DNA of 61,215 bases, taken from Leptolyngbyaceae cyanobacterium (lineage in GTDB: Bacteria; Cyanobacteriota; Cyanobacteriia; Phormidesmidales; Phormidesmidaceae). The notes below the pieces were generated by a model. It was not told where the DNA came from. It made no database searches and saw nothing but the letters and a program-made list of their open reading frames with translations. Position 1 is the first letter of the stretch, and each line of letters begins with the position of its first letter. The translations under genes were made by a program, and so were the position numbers. Shown one piece after another: positions 9,693 to 20,781 of the stretch. Location: contig JBHJHA010000064.1 of assembly GCA_050331235.1 (NCBI GenBank), positions 1 to 61,215 of the forward strand, read 5' to 3'.

Positions 9693-10880
9693 TTAGTTTG
9701 ACACCCGTCGGAGTAAAAATAGCCCCACCGCTAAAAAGAGTGCAGTAGGTCCCCAAGCCGACAGCAGTGGCGACAACACGCCTACCTCACCCAACGCATT
9801 GGAGATGAAAGCTAATAAGTAGTAGCCAAAAATAATGACAACACTGATCCCAAAGCTAGTCGCTTTGCCTGTCCGCTGAGGCCGCACCCCCAAGGATGCT
9901 CCCACTAAACCAAACACTACACAGACGAACGGCAGCGCATACTTTTGCTGGATGCGAATTTCAAACGTGCGGATTTCTCGTTCGTTACCCGTTTTGCGAA
10001 TCACGTCCCGCAGATACCGAGAAGCCTCTGCAATGTTCATTTCTTCGTCATCTTTGGTGCGGTTCGCCATGTCAAACGGCGTGCTGGGGAGCTGTACCTC
10101 TTGATTTTCAAACTTGACGATGTGACTAAACGAACCGTCTGGCGAAACCGCGTAGATTGTACCGTCGTAGAAATCCCAAGTTTTTGCCTGGAGGTCAAAG
10201 ATTGCCGAATCGGCGCTGATAATCTGACTTAAGCCAGCTTGGGAATAATCCAGCACGGTCAAGGTATACATTCGTTCGCCATCAAACCGCTCGGCGTAAA
10301 ATAGCCGCCGCATTCGCTGCTCATCGTCGTCTGTGCCCTCAATATCTTCAAACTCGCGATAAAGGATGTTGCGTTCCGTAAAGGGAGGCCGATCAGAGTT
10401 GAGCGCCCGATCTAAGGTCAAATCAGCTTGATAGTTGGCTGCGGGGGTGATCAGTTCATTGAAGGCAAATGTTACCCCCGTCACCGCAATGCTGAAGATG
10501 ATTGCGGGTGCAATGATGCGGCGAATACTCACCCCACAGCCCCGTAGCGCAATCAGCTCGCTATCCGCCGATAGTCGGCTGTAGGCCATCATCGTTGCCA
10601 GCAGCGTCGACATCGGAAACGCCAATACGATAAATTCGGGCAGCTTGAGGGCAAAGATTTGCATCGCTAGCCCAATGGAGAGGCCTGACTCCGTCACCCG
10701 ACGAATCAGCTCAAACAGGGCCCCGACGGAAATTCCGATGGAGGAGAATGCGCCTACACCAAACAAAAACGGTAATAGGATTTCCCGCACGATATACCAA
10801 TCCATCACGGAAACCTGAAACCAGCCAAACGGACTGCGAGCAGGTTCAGGGGCGGCGGATTTGGAGAAAGAAGTATCCAT
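9693..10880 (-). CDS. LptF/LptG (YjgP/YjgQ) family LPS export permease
   Basis: MDWYIVREILLPFLFG...RLSADSELIALRGCGVS; adjacent to lptB and lptA. Confidence 0.9.
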   Translation of the reverse strand: MDTSFSKSAAPEPARSPFGWFQVSVMDWYIVREILLPFLFGVGAFSSIGISVGALFELIRRVTESGLSIGLAMQIFALKLPEFIVLAFPMSTLLATMMAYSRLSADSELIALRGCGVSIRRIIAPAIIFSIAVTGVTFAFNELITPAANYQADLTLDRALNSDRPPFTERNILYREFEDIEGTDDDEQRMRRLFYAERFDGERMYTLTVLDYSQAGLSQIISADSAIFDLQAKTWDFYDGTIYAVSPDGSFSHIVKFENQEVQLPSTPFDMANRTKDDEEMNIAEASRYLRDVIRKTGNEREIRTFEIRIQQKYALPFVCVVFGLVGASLGVRPQRTGKATSFGISVVIIFGYYLLAFISNALGEVGVLSPLLSAWGPTALFLAVGLFLLRRVSN

Positions 10881-10936
10881 AAAGGGTTAGTAAAAGGCGC
10901 AAGGGGGCAGCAAGGGCAGCGAAACTGAACTGGTAA

Positions 10937-11665
10937 CTAGAGTCGGAAATCTTCACCTAGGTAGTGTTGACGAACTAGAGGATTGTTGTATAGGTCACTG
11001 GCCGTACCCGATGCCAAAATATGCCCTTCGCTCATGATATAAGCGCGATCAATGATTTGGAGCGTTTCGCGCACGTTGTGATCCGTAATCAAAATGCCTA
11101 TGTTGCGATCGCGTAATTCCGAGACGATCGCTTGAATTTCATTCACTGCAATAGGGTCTACCCCGGCAAATGGCTCATCCAAAAACAAAAACTGGGGGCC
11201 ATCTTCCCCTGAGGCCAATGCCCGCGCCAGTTCCGTACGCCGCCGCTCTCCCCCCGAAACCAAATTGCCCAGCGTATTGGCGACAGTTTCTAAGCGAAAC
11301 TCCTTGAGCAGTGTGTGCAATCGCTCTTCGTAAAGGTGGGCGGGTACGTTGGTTTGCTCCATCACCAAGAGCAAATTGTCTTGCACCGACAAATTACGGA
11401 AAATGCTGGGTTCCTGTGCGAGATAGCCAATGCCCAAGCGAGCTCGCTGATGCATGGGCAAATCTGTGATGTCGATTTGGTCTAAGCAGACTCGCCCGCG
11501 ATCGGGTTTTTCCAGCCCCGTCGCCATGTAAAACGTCGTCGTCTTCCCCGCCCCATTTGGTCCGAGTAGCCCCACGACCTCGCCCTGGGCCACCGACAGA
11601 CTCACCTGATGGACGACTTGACGGCGGCCATAGGTCTTTTGCACATTCTCTAAGACAATTTTCAA
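10937..11665 (-). CDS. lptB: LPS export ABC transporter ATPase
   Basis: GLLGPNGAGKTT, SGGERRRTELARAL, LDEPFAGVDPI, ITDHNVRETL. Confidence 0.95.
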   Translation of the reverse strand: MKIVLENVQKTYGRRQVVHQVSLSVAQGEVVGLLGPNGAGKTTTFYMATGLEKPDRGRVCLDQIDITDLPMHQRARLGIGYLAQEPSIFRNLSVQDNLLLVMEQTNVPAHLYEERLHTLLKEFRLETVANTLGNLVSGGERRRTELARALASGEDGPQFLFLDEPFAGVDPIAVNEIQAIVSELRDRNIGILITDHNVRETLQIIDRAYIMSEGHILASGTASDLYNNPLVRQHYLGEDFRL

Positions 11666-11957
11666 AGGGAGCTTACCTAGATGATGTTGTGTTGGCTCGG
11701 CTCAAATTTTACCAAAGCGCATCCCCGTAGCATTGCCCTATCCCCTAACCTGCACGATAGGCCTCGACCGCAAAGGGGCATGGACACAGCCGAGCAACTT
11801 ATCAAGTCCTGGCTTGAGCACTGTGTCTTTCCCCAAAGCCCCCACAGATTCCCCACTAGTGCCTCGGTTAATTCGGGTAATACTGACCCGATAATTATGT
11901 CGTGCTGAGTCAGTGCCCATTCAACTAAAGGGACATCGGAATACCTAGTTAAAGCCT

Positions 11958-12551
11958 CTAATCGAGGGGGGAGATATTTAATGAGGTATCAGGCGGAGCG
12001 GTAATCGAGCCATCTAGGGTCGAGTCCTCATCTGCTTCTGCTTCTGACTCGTCTTCCGCGGCTGGCGTCGGATTATCCTCCACTAGATAGGTCGTTTGAA
12101 CCTGATTATTAGGTTGTGGTAACGCGATAAATCGCCCTTCATCAATAAGGTAGGTGACAGTTTCAGCCTCTAAGCGATTGCCCTCTTGCAGCACGACGAC
12201 GTTACCGCTCAAGATCATCCGATTTTCTTCGCTGAAGTACTGCGCCTGGGCCGAGGTGGCAATGATATCGCGGGTCGGATAATCGATACGGACATTGCCC
12301 CGAGCAGTAATTACTCCCGTAATCGCATTGGCCTCTTGGACATCGGCCTTCAGGGTAATCGTGCCCTGGTTGCTCTGGGCTTGAGCTTGGGGATGTGGTG
12401 AATGGAACGCGAGCCAGCTACCTAAAAGGCCGCATAAAATCAATGCGGCGGGCGATCGCCGACCATGCCCAAACAGCTGCCTAGTCATCCTATTTCCGAT
12501 CCTTGACTCCTTTGTCATGCGCTGCCCCTTCCCTACTCCCTCAAGACGCAC
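11958..12551 (-). CDS. lptA: LptA/OstA family periplasmic LPS transport protein (true start may be downstream)
   Basis: Signal peptide, then ITLKADVQEAN...ARGNVRI...LSGNVVVLQEGN beta-jellyroll pattern; operon context. Confidence 0.8.
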   Translation of the reverse strand: MRLEGVGKGQRMTKESRIGNRMTRQLFGHGRRSPAALILCGLLGSWLAFHSPHPQAQAQSNQGTITLKADVQEANAITGVITARGNVRIDYPTRDIIATSAQAQYFSEENRMILSGNVVVLQEGNRLEAETVTYLIDEGRFIALPQPNNQVQTTYLVEDNPTPAAEDESEAEADEDSTLDGSITAPPDTSLNISPLD

Positions 12552-12661
12552 CTTTATTATTGTCGGTTCCGGTCAGAAAGCGTCCCCTCAGCATTAAGTT
12601 TTATAGCGTCCCGGCTCGATTCTGCCGATTGTATCCACACTTAGGGCATCCAATTTGTGGA

Positions 12662-13108
12662 TCACGTTGTATCTCCTACCGTTGAGATTTCCCATTTTGG
12701 GAGATGAGCTGTTTGATCAGGTCCAGGGTAGCCACTTTGCACCTGGGTCAACGCCGCTGCTAACAGTTCCGTCTGATCGGGACCGAACTGCTGTACCGTC
12801 GTCAGCCATACATCCGCACAATCTAGCAGAGCGCTGACATCAACAGTGTGATAGCTCGGCTCAAAGGGTTCTAATCGTTGGATCCCTTCGCCGAGCAAGA
12901 TGGCGGTGCCGCGCCAGTTATGGTTACTCAAATGGTAAAGCGCAACAGCTAACTGCAAAATCCCTTGGAAAAAGGGTTTTTCGGCGATCGGAGCGGTCAT
13001 CCAGACCGCTTCGAGAGTGTCATGGCAGGCATAGTACTCGCCCTGATTGAACTGCTGAATACCCGTTTGCAATTGTTTGGCATCAGCTGCGGAAAGGTCG
13101 GGAACCAT
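12662..13108 (-). CDS. DUF309 domain protein
   Basis: GIQQFNQGEYYACHDTLEAVW...QGILQLAVALYH. Confidence 0.85.
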   Translation of the reverse strand: MVPDLSAADAKQLQTGIQQFNQGEYYACHDTLEAVWMTAPIAEKPFFQGILQLAVALYHLSNHNWRGTAILLGEGIQRLEPFEPSYHTVDVSALLDCADVWLTTVQQFGPDQTELLAAALTQVQSGYPGPDQTAHLPKWEISTVGDTT

Positions 13109-13227
13109 GGCAAATCCTTCGATAGATAGAGATAGCAGTGAGACAGATTTTGGATTGTGATATCAAACTACAGAGTGTAAAGAATAGGTGGTATTCTCCA
13201 CTGGTGAGTGTGTGAGGAGTCAGTTGT

Positions 13228-14673
13228 ATGGTAAGAACCCCCGCGCGGCCTGTGAGCCGTCAATCATTGATCAAGCCAGAGGGACTCGGCTGGCAGGCAC
13301 TGGCTCTGCCAGAAGCAAAATTGTTTGGGACAGACGGCATTCGTGGACAGGCGGGCGACCTACTCAATGCGCCTTTGGCAACTCAGATTGGCTATTGGGC
13401 AGGGCGGGTTTTACAGCATACAGCGATCGCTGAAGGGCCGGTGCTACTTGGCCAAGACTCCCGTAACTCTGGTCATATGCTGGCTTCTGCATTGGCCGCT
13501 GGATTGACCTCGGCTGGCCTAAAAGTTTGGAATTTGGGCCTGTGTCCCACCGCTGCCGTTGCCAACTTGACCCCGATGGTAGGTGCCATGGGCGGCATTA
13601 TGATTTCGGCTAGCCATAACCCCCCTGCTGACAACGGTATCAAGTTTTTTGGGGCTGATGGCACAAAGCTATCCGCTAATATTCAAGCCCAAATTGAGCA
13701 GGCCTTACGCGGGATGGGGACATCTACGCCACCGGCGACCACCAATCCTTGGGGGACTTGGCACCACCGTCCAGAGCTCGTAGAAAGATATTTAGATCTG
13801 CTGCGTGAGCCACTCCCACACATCAATCTTAGTGGGCTCAAGATTGTTTTAGATATGGCATGGGGAGCCGCCGCTGGCATTGCCGATCGCGCCTTCAACA
13901 AAACCGCCGCTGAGATCATTGGCATCCACGGTCTGCCCGATGGCGATCGCATTAACGTTAACTGCGGCTCGACCCACTTGGGGGCACTCCAAGCGGCGGT
14001 GAGAGAACATCAGGCGGATATTGGATTTGCCTTTGATGGGGATGCGGATCGCGTCATTGCAGTCGATGCCCAGGGGCGAGTCGTTGACGGCGACTATATT
14101 CTCTACTTTTGGGGTAAGACGCTGAAAGCAGCTCAGCGCCTCCCGGAGGACATGATTGTGTCTACTGTCATGGCCAACCTCGGTTTCGAGCGAGCTTGGA
14201 ACGCCTTGGGCGGTTCGCTATTGCGCACTAAGGTCGGTGATCAGCATGTGCATGCCGAGATGGTAGGGCGCGGAGCCAAGCTTGGCGGTGAGCAATCTGG
14301 TCATATTCTGTGTCACCACTACAGTCTCACCGGCGATGGCATTCTCACGGCCCTCCATTTGGCTGATTTGGTACAGCAGGTGGGCGGCTCCCTCGCCGCC
14401 TTAGTGGATCAAAGCTTTGTGCCCTATCCCCAACGATTAGAAAATATCCGAGTGGAAGACCGCGATCGCCGCCAGCAGTGGCAGAGCTGTGACGCCGTTA
14501 TGCAGGCGATCGCCCAAGCCGAAACTGACATGGGTGCTTTAGGCCGAGTGTTGGTCCGTCCCTCTGGTACCGAGCCACTCATTCGGGTCATGGTCGAGGC
14601 CGAGCAGCAGTCCCTAGTTGACCATTGGACTGATCATATTGCCGGCACTGTGCGGAGCAATTTGACCATATAG
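13228..14673 (+). CDS. glmM: Phosphoglucosamine mutase
   Basis: [44 protein letters not shown]. Confidence 0.95.
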   Translation: MVRTPARPVSRQSLIKPEGLGWQALALPEAKLFGTDGIRGQAGDLLNAPLATQIGYWAGRVLQHTAIAEGPVLLGQDSRNSGHMLASALAAGLTSAGLKVWNLGLCPTAAVANLTPMVGAMGGIMISASHNPPADNGIKFFGADGTKLSANIQAQIEQALRGMGTSTPPATTNPWGTWHHRPELVERYLDLLREPLPHINLSGLKIVLDMAWGAAAGIADRAFNKTAAEIIGIHGLPDGDRINVNCGSTHLGALQAAVREHQADIGFAFDGDADRVIAVDAQGRVVDGDYILYFWGKTLKAAQRLPEDMIVSTVMANLGFERAWNALGGSLLRTKVGDQHVHAEMVGRGAKLGGEQSGHILCHHYSLTGDGILTALHLADLVQQVGGSLAALVDQSFVPYPQRLENIRVEDRDRRQQWQSCDAVMQAIAQAETDMGALGRVLVRPSGTEPLIRVMVEAEQQSLVDHWTDHIAGTVRSNLTI

Positions 14674-14762
14674 GCTAATGGGTTGTCTGACCAATATTTG
14701 TCAGATATCTGTCAGTCCTTGGGGACGCTTGGGTCGGGTTTGCAGCTTCTGCAGCCAAGCCA

Positions 14763-15779
14763 TTAGCTAGCGTCAGCCCCAAACCGCCGCCTAGGTAAAT
14801 GGCCTTCACCCGAGGACTGACAAGCTTCCAATAAATAGTATTCGTAGTACCAGCGGTCGCTGGTGGCCGGACCGGGCAGGCGTGCGTCACTTGACGACAG
14901 CGTTAGTAGATGATCGCCCCGGGGTGAATAAACCGCCCACTCACTTAGGGGGAGCGATCGCAAGATCACTGGCTGAGAACGCCCGTCAATCATCAACGTC
15001 GCGATTGTGATCGGCTCTCCCTGGGCGTCTGTCTGATGGGCAAATCGCCGTCCCTGTAAGTCAATCTGATAGATACGCAAATCGCCATCAAGGGCCTGTA
15101 AATGTTTCCACAGTAGAATATAAGGGCCGTGATAGTCGGGCAAAACAGCATGCTGAGCTGCATAGATCTGCCGCCAGCGCCCCGGCCAATATTGCTCCAT
15201 TTGGGCTAGGGTTTGTCGATGTCCATGTCGTGATGATGACGAGGTGATCAACCGTCCGCCCGGTCGGAGAAACGATGCCGCCGATTGAATTAGCGCTTCC
15301 AATACCAGACGACCGTCGGCTCCAGCCTCGTTCCAAGCAGCGGCTTTGCGGCGGCTGTCAGGCTGCTCTAAGTCGGTAAATAGCCAAGGTTGTACGGGCG
15401 GATTGCTGATAATCAGATCGTAGCGCTGCGGTGGTAGCTGATGAAAGCGATCGCTCTGAATACCCTTGACCTGACTGAGGCCATTCAATCGAGCATTCTT
15501 CTCAGCGACTTGAGCCGCCATGGCTGAGTAGTCACTCAACATTAGTGGTGCAGCCCCCAGTAAGCCACAAACCACCCCCACGACCCCCGAACCGGTGCCA
15601 AAATCGAGCACTCGCTGCTGCTCTAGCGCATCTAGGAATCCGTGCTCCATTAAAAAAGACAGCATCTCGATCGCGCTCAACGGCGACCACACATCAGGAT
15701 GCTCCATCAGCTGCACCCTGAGATGAGAAATTTGCAGCTCCTGGGGTTTTATCATCAAATCGGTAGGATTTTTCTGCAT
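14763..15779 (-). CDS. Class I SAM-dependent methyltransferase (HemK/small-MTase-like) with C-terminal extension
   Basis: VLDFGTGSGVVG and DLIISNPP motifs; start at MQKNPT chosen, uncertain. Confidence 0.75.
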   Translation of the reverse strand: MQKNPTDLMIKPQELQISHLRVQLMEHPDVWSPLSAIEMLSFLMEHGFLDALEQQRVLDFGTGSGVVGVVCGLLGAAPLMLSDYSAMAAQVAEKNARLNGLSQVKGIQSDRFHQLPPQRYDLIISNPPVQPWLFTDLEQPDSRRKAAAWNEAGADGRLVLEALIQSAASFLRPGGRLITSSSSRHGHRQTLAQMEQYWPGRWRQIYAAQHAVLPDYHGPYILLWKHLQALDGDLRIYQIDLQGRRFAHQTDAQGEPITIATLMIDGRSQPVILRSLPLSEWAVYSPRGDHLLTLSSSDARLPGPATSDRWYYEYYLLEACQSSGEGHLPRRRFGADAS

Positions 15780-15938
15780 CGTGGCACACTCGCAAAAGCC
15801 TATGGCACTATTCCCTATGGCTCCCTTCCCAGCGGTATAAATGTCGGAAAGTATCGAAAAATTAAAGAATCCAGCCAATTTGGGCATTTTAATTCGGAAT
15901 GTTGCCCAAGAAGTGAAGCTGATTAAGCCTCAACGAAC

Positions 15939-18185
15939 ATGACAAACCGCTGCAGTTGGCTAAATATTGGCCTCCCAGTGCTCACCCTATTGAGCTATGC
16001 CCTAACCGCAGAGGACGCGATCGCCAATACCGATCAGCTTTGTCCTAGCCGGGTGCCCACGTTTCAAATCGACTATGACCCTCGAGCGGAATCTGCTTAT
16101 TCATCCAGCTCAGCGCTAACTGACGACTCGGCGGCACAGCGGCAGTTTATCGACACATTTGATCAATACGGCTATGACCAAGCCCGCCGCCTTATTGGTT
16201 CGTCAGTTTCGCCAGAGGCTGCCGCCGCCGCCCTGGTGACCCTTGCCTCTTTTTCCGGTACCGATGTCCGCTACGATTCGGTTGAGCTACTCAAAGACGC
16301 CCTAACCCTGCTGAACGAACTGTCTGACCCGGGCGATCGCCGTGACGAAGCACTGTATCTGGTGACCACTGCCGCCGCCCGCAAGAGCGCTTGGTCCATC
16401 GCTGATGAGGCTACGAGGGGCATCCAGAGGGGTCGACTGCGATTGACGGCCCACACCGACATTATCGATTTAGCTAAATATCAGGCGGCTACCTCAGTCA
16501 TTACGGCCCAACGTCAGCAAGCCCACGTCTTTTTAAGCCGTCAGCCCAGCTATCAAGCCGTGTTGCTAGCCGAGCTAGCCGCCCTTGCCAAAGGGTTAAA
16601 CAATGCCAGCCAACTCAATGAGCTAACCATGGCGGCCTTAGAGCAAGTGGCTCAAGTCGCCCCTGAAAGCAGGCCAGATCAGCCGGCCTGGGGGACCTCT
16701 CACCGTCAGGCAAGTTTGGCTTTGGTGGCCCGCGCTTTGGCCGAGGCTCACCAGTTTGACGCAGCTTATCAACTAACTACCCAGTTAGAAGGCAACACCG
16801 CTGCCGTAGAGTTAGCGATCGCCACCCAGCAAATTGAGGCTGGCGAGTTAGCCGCCGGCGTTGCCCAGGTCCTCGCCATCGGCGATCGGGGTCGCTATTC
16901 AGGCACAATTGCTGTCGCTCGGGCCCTTGCCCGGGCGGGCGAGATCAACTGCTCCATCGCCGTACTGCTGCCGCCACAGATCATGTATACGAGCTTTAGC
17001 CGCAGCTCGCCCCAGGCAGACCACCTTGCCGAAACCCTGTTGATTTGGGCTCAGAGCGATCGCATAGAGGCTGTTGCCGCCGTGTTTAATCAGCCCGCAG
17101 GAGATTCCTTTATCGAAATGTCAAAGGTAATGGCCCACTGGGGGGAAGCGGAAGCCTGGACTTTAGCAGAAGCATTGGCCAATGCTCTCACCGCGTCCAA
17201 AGTTCGCTACGAGGCCCTCCAGGCTTTGGCAACAGAGCTTACTCAAACTGGTCAGTCAGACGCGGCGGCCCGCATTCAGGCGATCGCTGATCATCTGGCT
17301 AGCACCGCAACCGTGACGTCGACGGTGCCCCCTTTAGCCGATTTGCCCGAAAGTCAGCCATTGTACACCTCCAGCATCCACAGCGATAACCAAGTGATCC
17401 TCGACGCGGCCAGCACACAGCTACAGACAGGGCAAGCGCTCGCACCACAAGATCCAGCCGCTGCTTTGAGCTATTTTCAAACCGCCAGGCAGATGGTGGC
17501 CTCGTTGCCGGCTAACTACACCAGCCAAGGGACCCAAGGGGCTGAGATCCTCAGCGACGTTGCCCTGGGCCTATACACAATGTCAGAGCAAGACCTCGCC
17601 GAGCAGGTCTTGCTCGAGGCCACTAGCCTATGGTCACAGGTCATCGACAACCCCGGCTTGGGCGCTACTGCCGCCCACCCGGTATACCAGTTACGCAATC
17701 GCTATGTAGCTGCCGGTTGGTATACCGGTGCGGTTGAGTGGGTGGTGCACCCCATGATTGGCTCAGTCGTCAACGAGCGCCTGACGGATCTATCGCTGTC
17801 GCCATCGCGGCAGGCCAAGGCGGTGTCAGCACTGGCTGATCAAGCCATTGCCACCGGCGCAACCCAGGCGGCGATCGCCATCGTGCCTCGCTTATCGCTG
17901 CCCCATGAGCAAGCTTGGCTGATGGCCGATATTGCGACCCAGGTGATGCTCTACAAACGTGAGCAAGTTGCCCAAGTCGACCCCAACACCGCATTTATGC
18001 AGCTAGATTTGCTCGCTACCGAGGCAGTGCCTTTGGCCGAGCGCCTGCCAGAGACCTTGTTTAAAGCTCGGGCTTATCTCGCGATCGCCCAGGGCTATGC
18101 CGCCTTAGAGGATCCTGATCAAGCCCAGCAGTGGCTTGATACCGCGATCGTGTCAACGCAAGACCTATCCGCCAGCGCCGATTGA
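15939..18185 (+). CDS. Secreted Ala-rich alpha-helical (TPR/solenoid-like) hypothetical protein
   Basis: 748 aa ORF, N-terminal signal-like segment, repeated amphipathic helices. Confidence 0.6.
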   Translation: MTNRCSWLNIGLPVLTLLSYALTAEDAIANTDQLCPSRVPTFQIDYDPRAESAYSSSSALTDDSAAQRQFIDTFDQYGYDQARRLIGSSVSPEAAAAALVTLASFSGTDVRYDSVELLKDALTLLNELSDPGDRRDEALYLVTTAAARKSAWSIADEATRGIQRGRLRLTAHTDIIDLAKYQAATSVITAQRQQAHVFLSRQPSYQAVLLAELAALAKGLNNASQLNELTMAALEQVAQVAPESRPDQPAWGTSHRQASLALVARALAEAHQFDAAYQLTTQLEGNTAAVELAIATQQIEAGELAAGVAQVLAIGDRGRYSGTIAVARALARAGEINCSIAVLLPPQIMYTSFSRSSPQADHLAETLLIWAQSDRIEAVAAVFNQPAGDSFIEMSKVMAHWGEAEAWTLAEALANALTASKVRYEALQALATELTQTGQSDAAARIQAIADHLASTATVTSTVPPLADLPESQPLYTSSIHSDNQVILDAASTQLQTGQALAPQDPAAALSYFQTARQMVASLPANYTSQGTQGAEILSDVALGLYTMSEQDLAEQVLLEATSLWSQVIDNPGLGATAAHPVYQLRNRYVAAGWYTGAVEWVVHPMIGSVVNERLTDLSLSPSRQAKAVSALADQAIATGATQAAIAIVPRLSLPHEQAWLMADIATQVMLYKREQVAQVDPNTAFMQLDLLATEAVPLAERLPETLFKARAYLAIAQGYAALEDPDQAQQWLDTAIVSTQDLSASAD

Positions 18186-18207
18186 GCCCGGTCTCAAGAG
18201 AGCATCA

Positions 18208-20412
18208 CTATTGCAACAGCATTAGCCTTTCGACCCCGGCAACCGCCTGGGTCAGGCGCGTCGCCAAAATTCGCGCCACAGTTTGATGAAATTCCGCCGC
18301 TAAATCAGGCCGCTCCTGCTGCATTGTGCTCAAAGCTTGCTGCGACAGCCTATAGACCGTCGTGGGCTTATCGGTCACCCCTGATCCGGCATACAGCGTT
18401 TTTCCGTACAATCCGACCTCCCCGACAATCGTCCCCGGCCCGCTGGTCTGTAGATGCTTGGTTTTGCCATTTTCTAGTGTCAAACAGGTCGAAACTTGCC
18501 CCGACTCAATGAAGTAGAGTGCCTCCGCCGTTTGCCCCTGGTGAAAGAGGGTCTTTGCCGCTGGGAGTTTTTGCTTTTCTAAATACTGCATGAAGGGCCG
18601 CACTAGTAGCGGATCGCTAAAGAACTCCTCTAGCTGCATCGCAAAGGGAATAAACCGCTTGCGCCGAAAGGTCGCTTGGTCAATGATTGCGGCCTCGCAC
18701 CAATCGATCGCCTGATCCAGATTAGTAAAGGTCTTGCAAATCGCATCTTCAGACTCAATGACCCCCTGACGCCCCTTCAGCGTGGCCTCCGTTTTGGCCG
18801 ATAGGGCAGCAAATAGTAGATAAGCTTGACTTTGCTCTGCCAAAGACTTCATTTTGATAAAACTGTTGAGCGCAGAAGAATCTAATCCCGTAACGAGGTG
18901 AAAATCGAGGACTAAGTATTGCGCTTCAGAGGTATCAATCGCCTCTAAATACTCGCGAATTTCACTCAGTAGAGAATAGGCTGTGCCAAAGAAGAGATAG
19001 CCCTGCACCACGAAAATCTGAATGTTTTTGCCCCCTTTTCGCAAAATTCGTTGTTCATGGAAGGTCCGGTTGTGGCGGCTGGGGTAGGTTAATCCCGATA
19101 AGGTGCTGCGAATCACCTGGAGCGAGCTGTAGGTGATTACGAAGAGTAAACAGGCAATCAATAGGCCGACCCCAACCCCCGTTAGAAAGCCAAATCGCGC
19201 CCCAATCAGCAATATCCCCAGCACCAGGGCATAGTCGCTCCAAGACAGACGGAAAAAGGCCTCATACACCCACTCAATCAACAAGCCCATGCCTAAATAC
19301 AGGAGTAAGCCGCCTAAAATTGCCTTGGGAAAAAAGGCCAAAATTTCGCTGCCCCAGATGGCAATGCTGCCACAAAATAGCGCTGCCACGACCCCAGATA
19401 GTCGCTGGGTCGCCCCAGCCGAACGGTTGAGCAAGCTCCGACTCACGGAGAGATGGCCAACCATCCCCCCCAAAGCACCCGCCACCACATTAGCAACCCC
19501 CGCCACTTGGAGCTCTTGGTCAAAATCCATGTCTTGCTCGGTGGCCATTTCGATACTAGTGGCGCACAGCAAGATAGTAATCGCCACTACTGCAAACAGA
19601 GTTAGCAAGCTACCCGTCTGGGCAAATATCGCCATCCAGTGCACGCTGGCTAAAGACATCGACTGCCAGGGCTGTAGCGGATTCACCGGTGAAAATGGCT
19701 CTAGTAACCACCCTTGGGCGATCGCCCCTTGCCGGTCTATCCCCGCTAGATACAGTCCGCCATGGAGCAACAGCGTCGTTGCCAACAGCACCAGCGGTAA
19801 GGTGAAACAGTGGCGAAATCTGCTTAAAATTAGCTTGAGGGCGATCGCTAACCCAAAGCCCGGCAACCATAAATAGAGATTGTCGCGGTCAAGCAAGATT
19901 GGCAAGTTCGCTAGGGTCAAGCTAGTATCCGTCATGACCTTAAAAGCTCCCTGGGCCAGCAGCAGCCCCACCCCCGCCAAAAATCCCCCCACTACCGGAT
20001 AGGGAATAAACCGAATCACCCGTCCCAGTCGCAGTCGTCCCAGTAGCCAAAGAAGCACGCCGGTGAGCAAGGTGCTGCCGAGAATCGTGAACCAAATCGT
20101 CACCGCGGTCTCGGAACCACTCGCAGTTGCGGTGAGCTGAGCAGACACCGCTGATGCCATCAGAGCTAAAATTGCCGCCGCATTACCATCCGGCCCGGCA
20201 ATGATAAACGGCAGCGAACTGCCTAACGCCACAATCAACCCCAGGACCACGGTGCCTATCAGTGCACTGCTAATACCGATAGACAGGTATGGAGCCAAGT
20301 CTCCAGAAAAAATGAGCGCCGCATAGGAAACGCTGTAGGTCAACGTCAACAAGCCTGCGATTAGTCCCGCTGTGACATTGGGAATCAAGACCTGAGGACG
20401 CCAAAGTTTCAT
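18208..20412 (-). CDS. SulP/SLC26 anion transporter with STAS and cNMP-binding domains
   Basis: RFIPYPVVGGFLAG; QGYLFFGTA...LDFHLVTGLDSS (STAS); LYFIESG...GTIVGEVG (cNMP). Confidence 0.9.
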   Translation of the reverse strand: MKLWRPQVLIPNVTAGLIAGLLTLTYSVSYAALIFSGDLAPYLSIGISSALIGTVVLGLIVALGSSLPFIIAGPDGNAAAILALMASAVSAQLTATASGSETAVTIWFTILGSTLLTGVLLWLLGRLRLGRVIRFIPYPVVGGFLAGVGLLLAQGAFKVMTDTSLTLANLPILLDRDNLYLWLPGFGLAIALKLILSRFRHCFTLPLVLLATTLLLHGGLYLAGIDRQGAIAQGWLLEPFSPVNPLQPWQSMSLASVHWMAIFAQTGSLLTLFAVVAITILLCATSIEMATEQDMDFDQELQVAGVANVVAGALGGMVGHLSVSRSLLNRSAGATQRLSGVVAALFCGSIAIWGSEILAFFPKAILGGLLLYLGMGLLIEWVYEAFFRLSWSDYALVLGILLIGARFGFLTGVGVGLLIACLLFVITYSSLQVIRSTLSGLTYPSRHNRTFHEQRILRKGGKNIQIFVVQGYLFFGTAYSLLSEIREYLEAIDTSEAQYLVLDFHLVTGLDSSALNSFIKMKSLAEQSQAYLLFAALSAKTEATLKGRQGVIESEDAICKTFTNLDQAIDWCEAAIIDQATFRRKRFIPFAMQLEEFFSDPLLVRPFMQYLEKQKLPAAKTLFHQGQTAEALYFIESGQVSTCLTLENGKTKHLQTSGPGTIVGEVGLYGKTLYAGSGVTDKPTTVYRLSQQALSTMQQERPDLAAEFHQTVARILATRLTQAVAGVERLMLLQ

Positions 20413-20781
20413 ATCGTTAGTTTTATCAGTAAGCGTATGGACAACATCGTGATAGCTTACGCAGAGACACTGGCGAAGGCTGTCTCTACGGCCACTTCCC
20501 TTTGCATCGCTACCATAGCAGCCTCGGCAGCCGGCCTAGATTAGGCACTCGTCTCCTAATCCCTTTCAAGATACGCAACTCTGAGATTTAATCCGGCAGC
20601 CTCTCTCATCAATCCGACAGCCTGTCCTTTGCCTGCACGGTTGGCATTCCGCTACTGGGCCGTGAATGTCTCGCATCAACTCCGCTGATGGGGCCCGGCG
20701 TAGACAATTTCTGAGCCGGCCCCCGCGGGCTTTACAAAATGACACAATAGAAGGGTTGTGTGCTGGTAGCGCAAGTCCCCC

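Noticed and set aside
11301..11310. Additional TCCTTGAGCA match inside lptB
   Set aside because: Lies within coding sequence (LLKE codons), with no flanking hairpin or terminator
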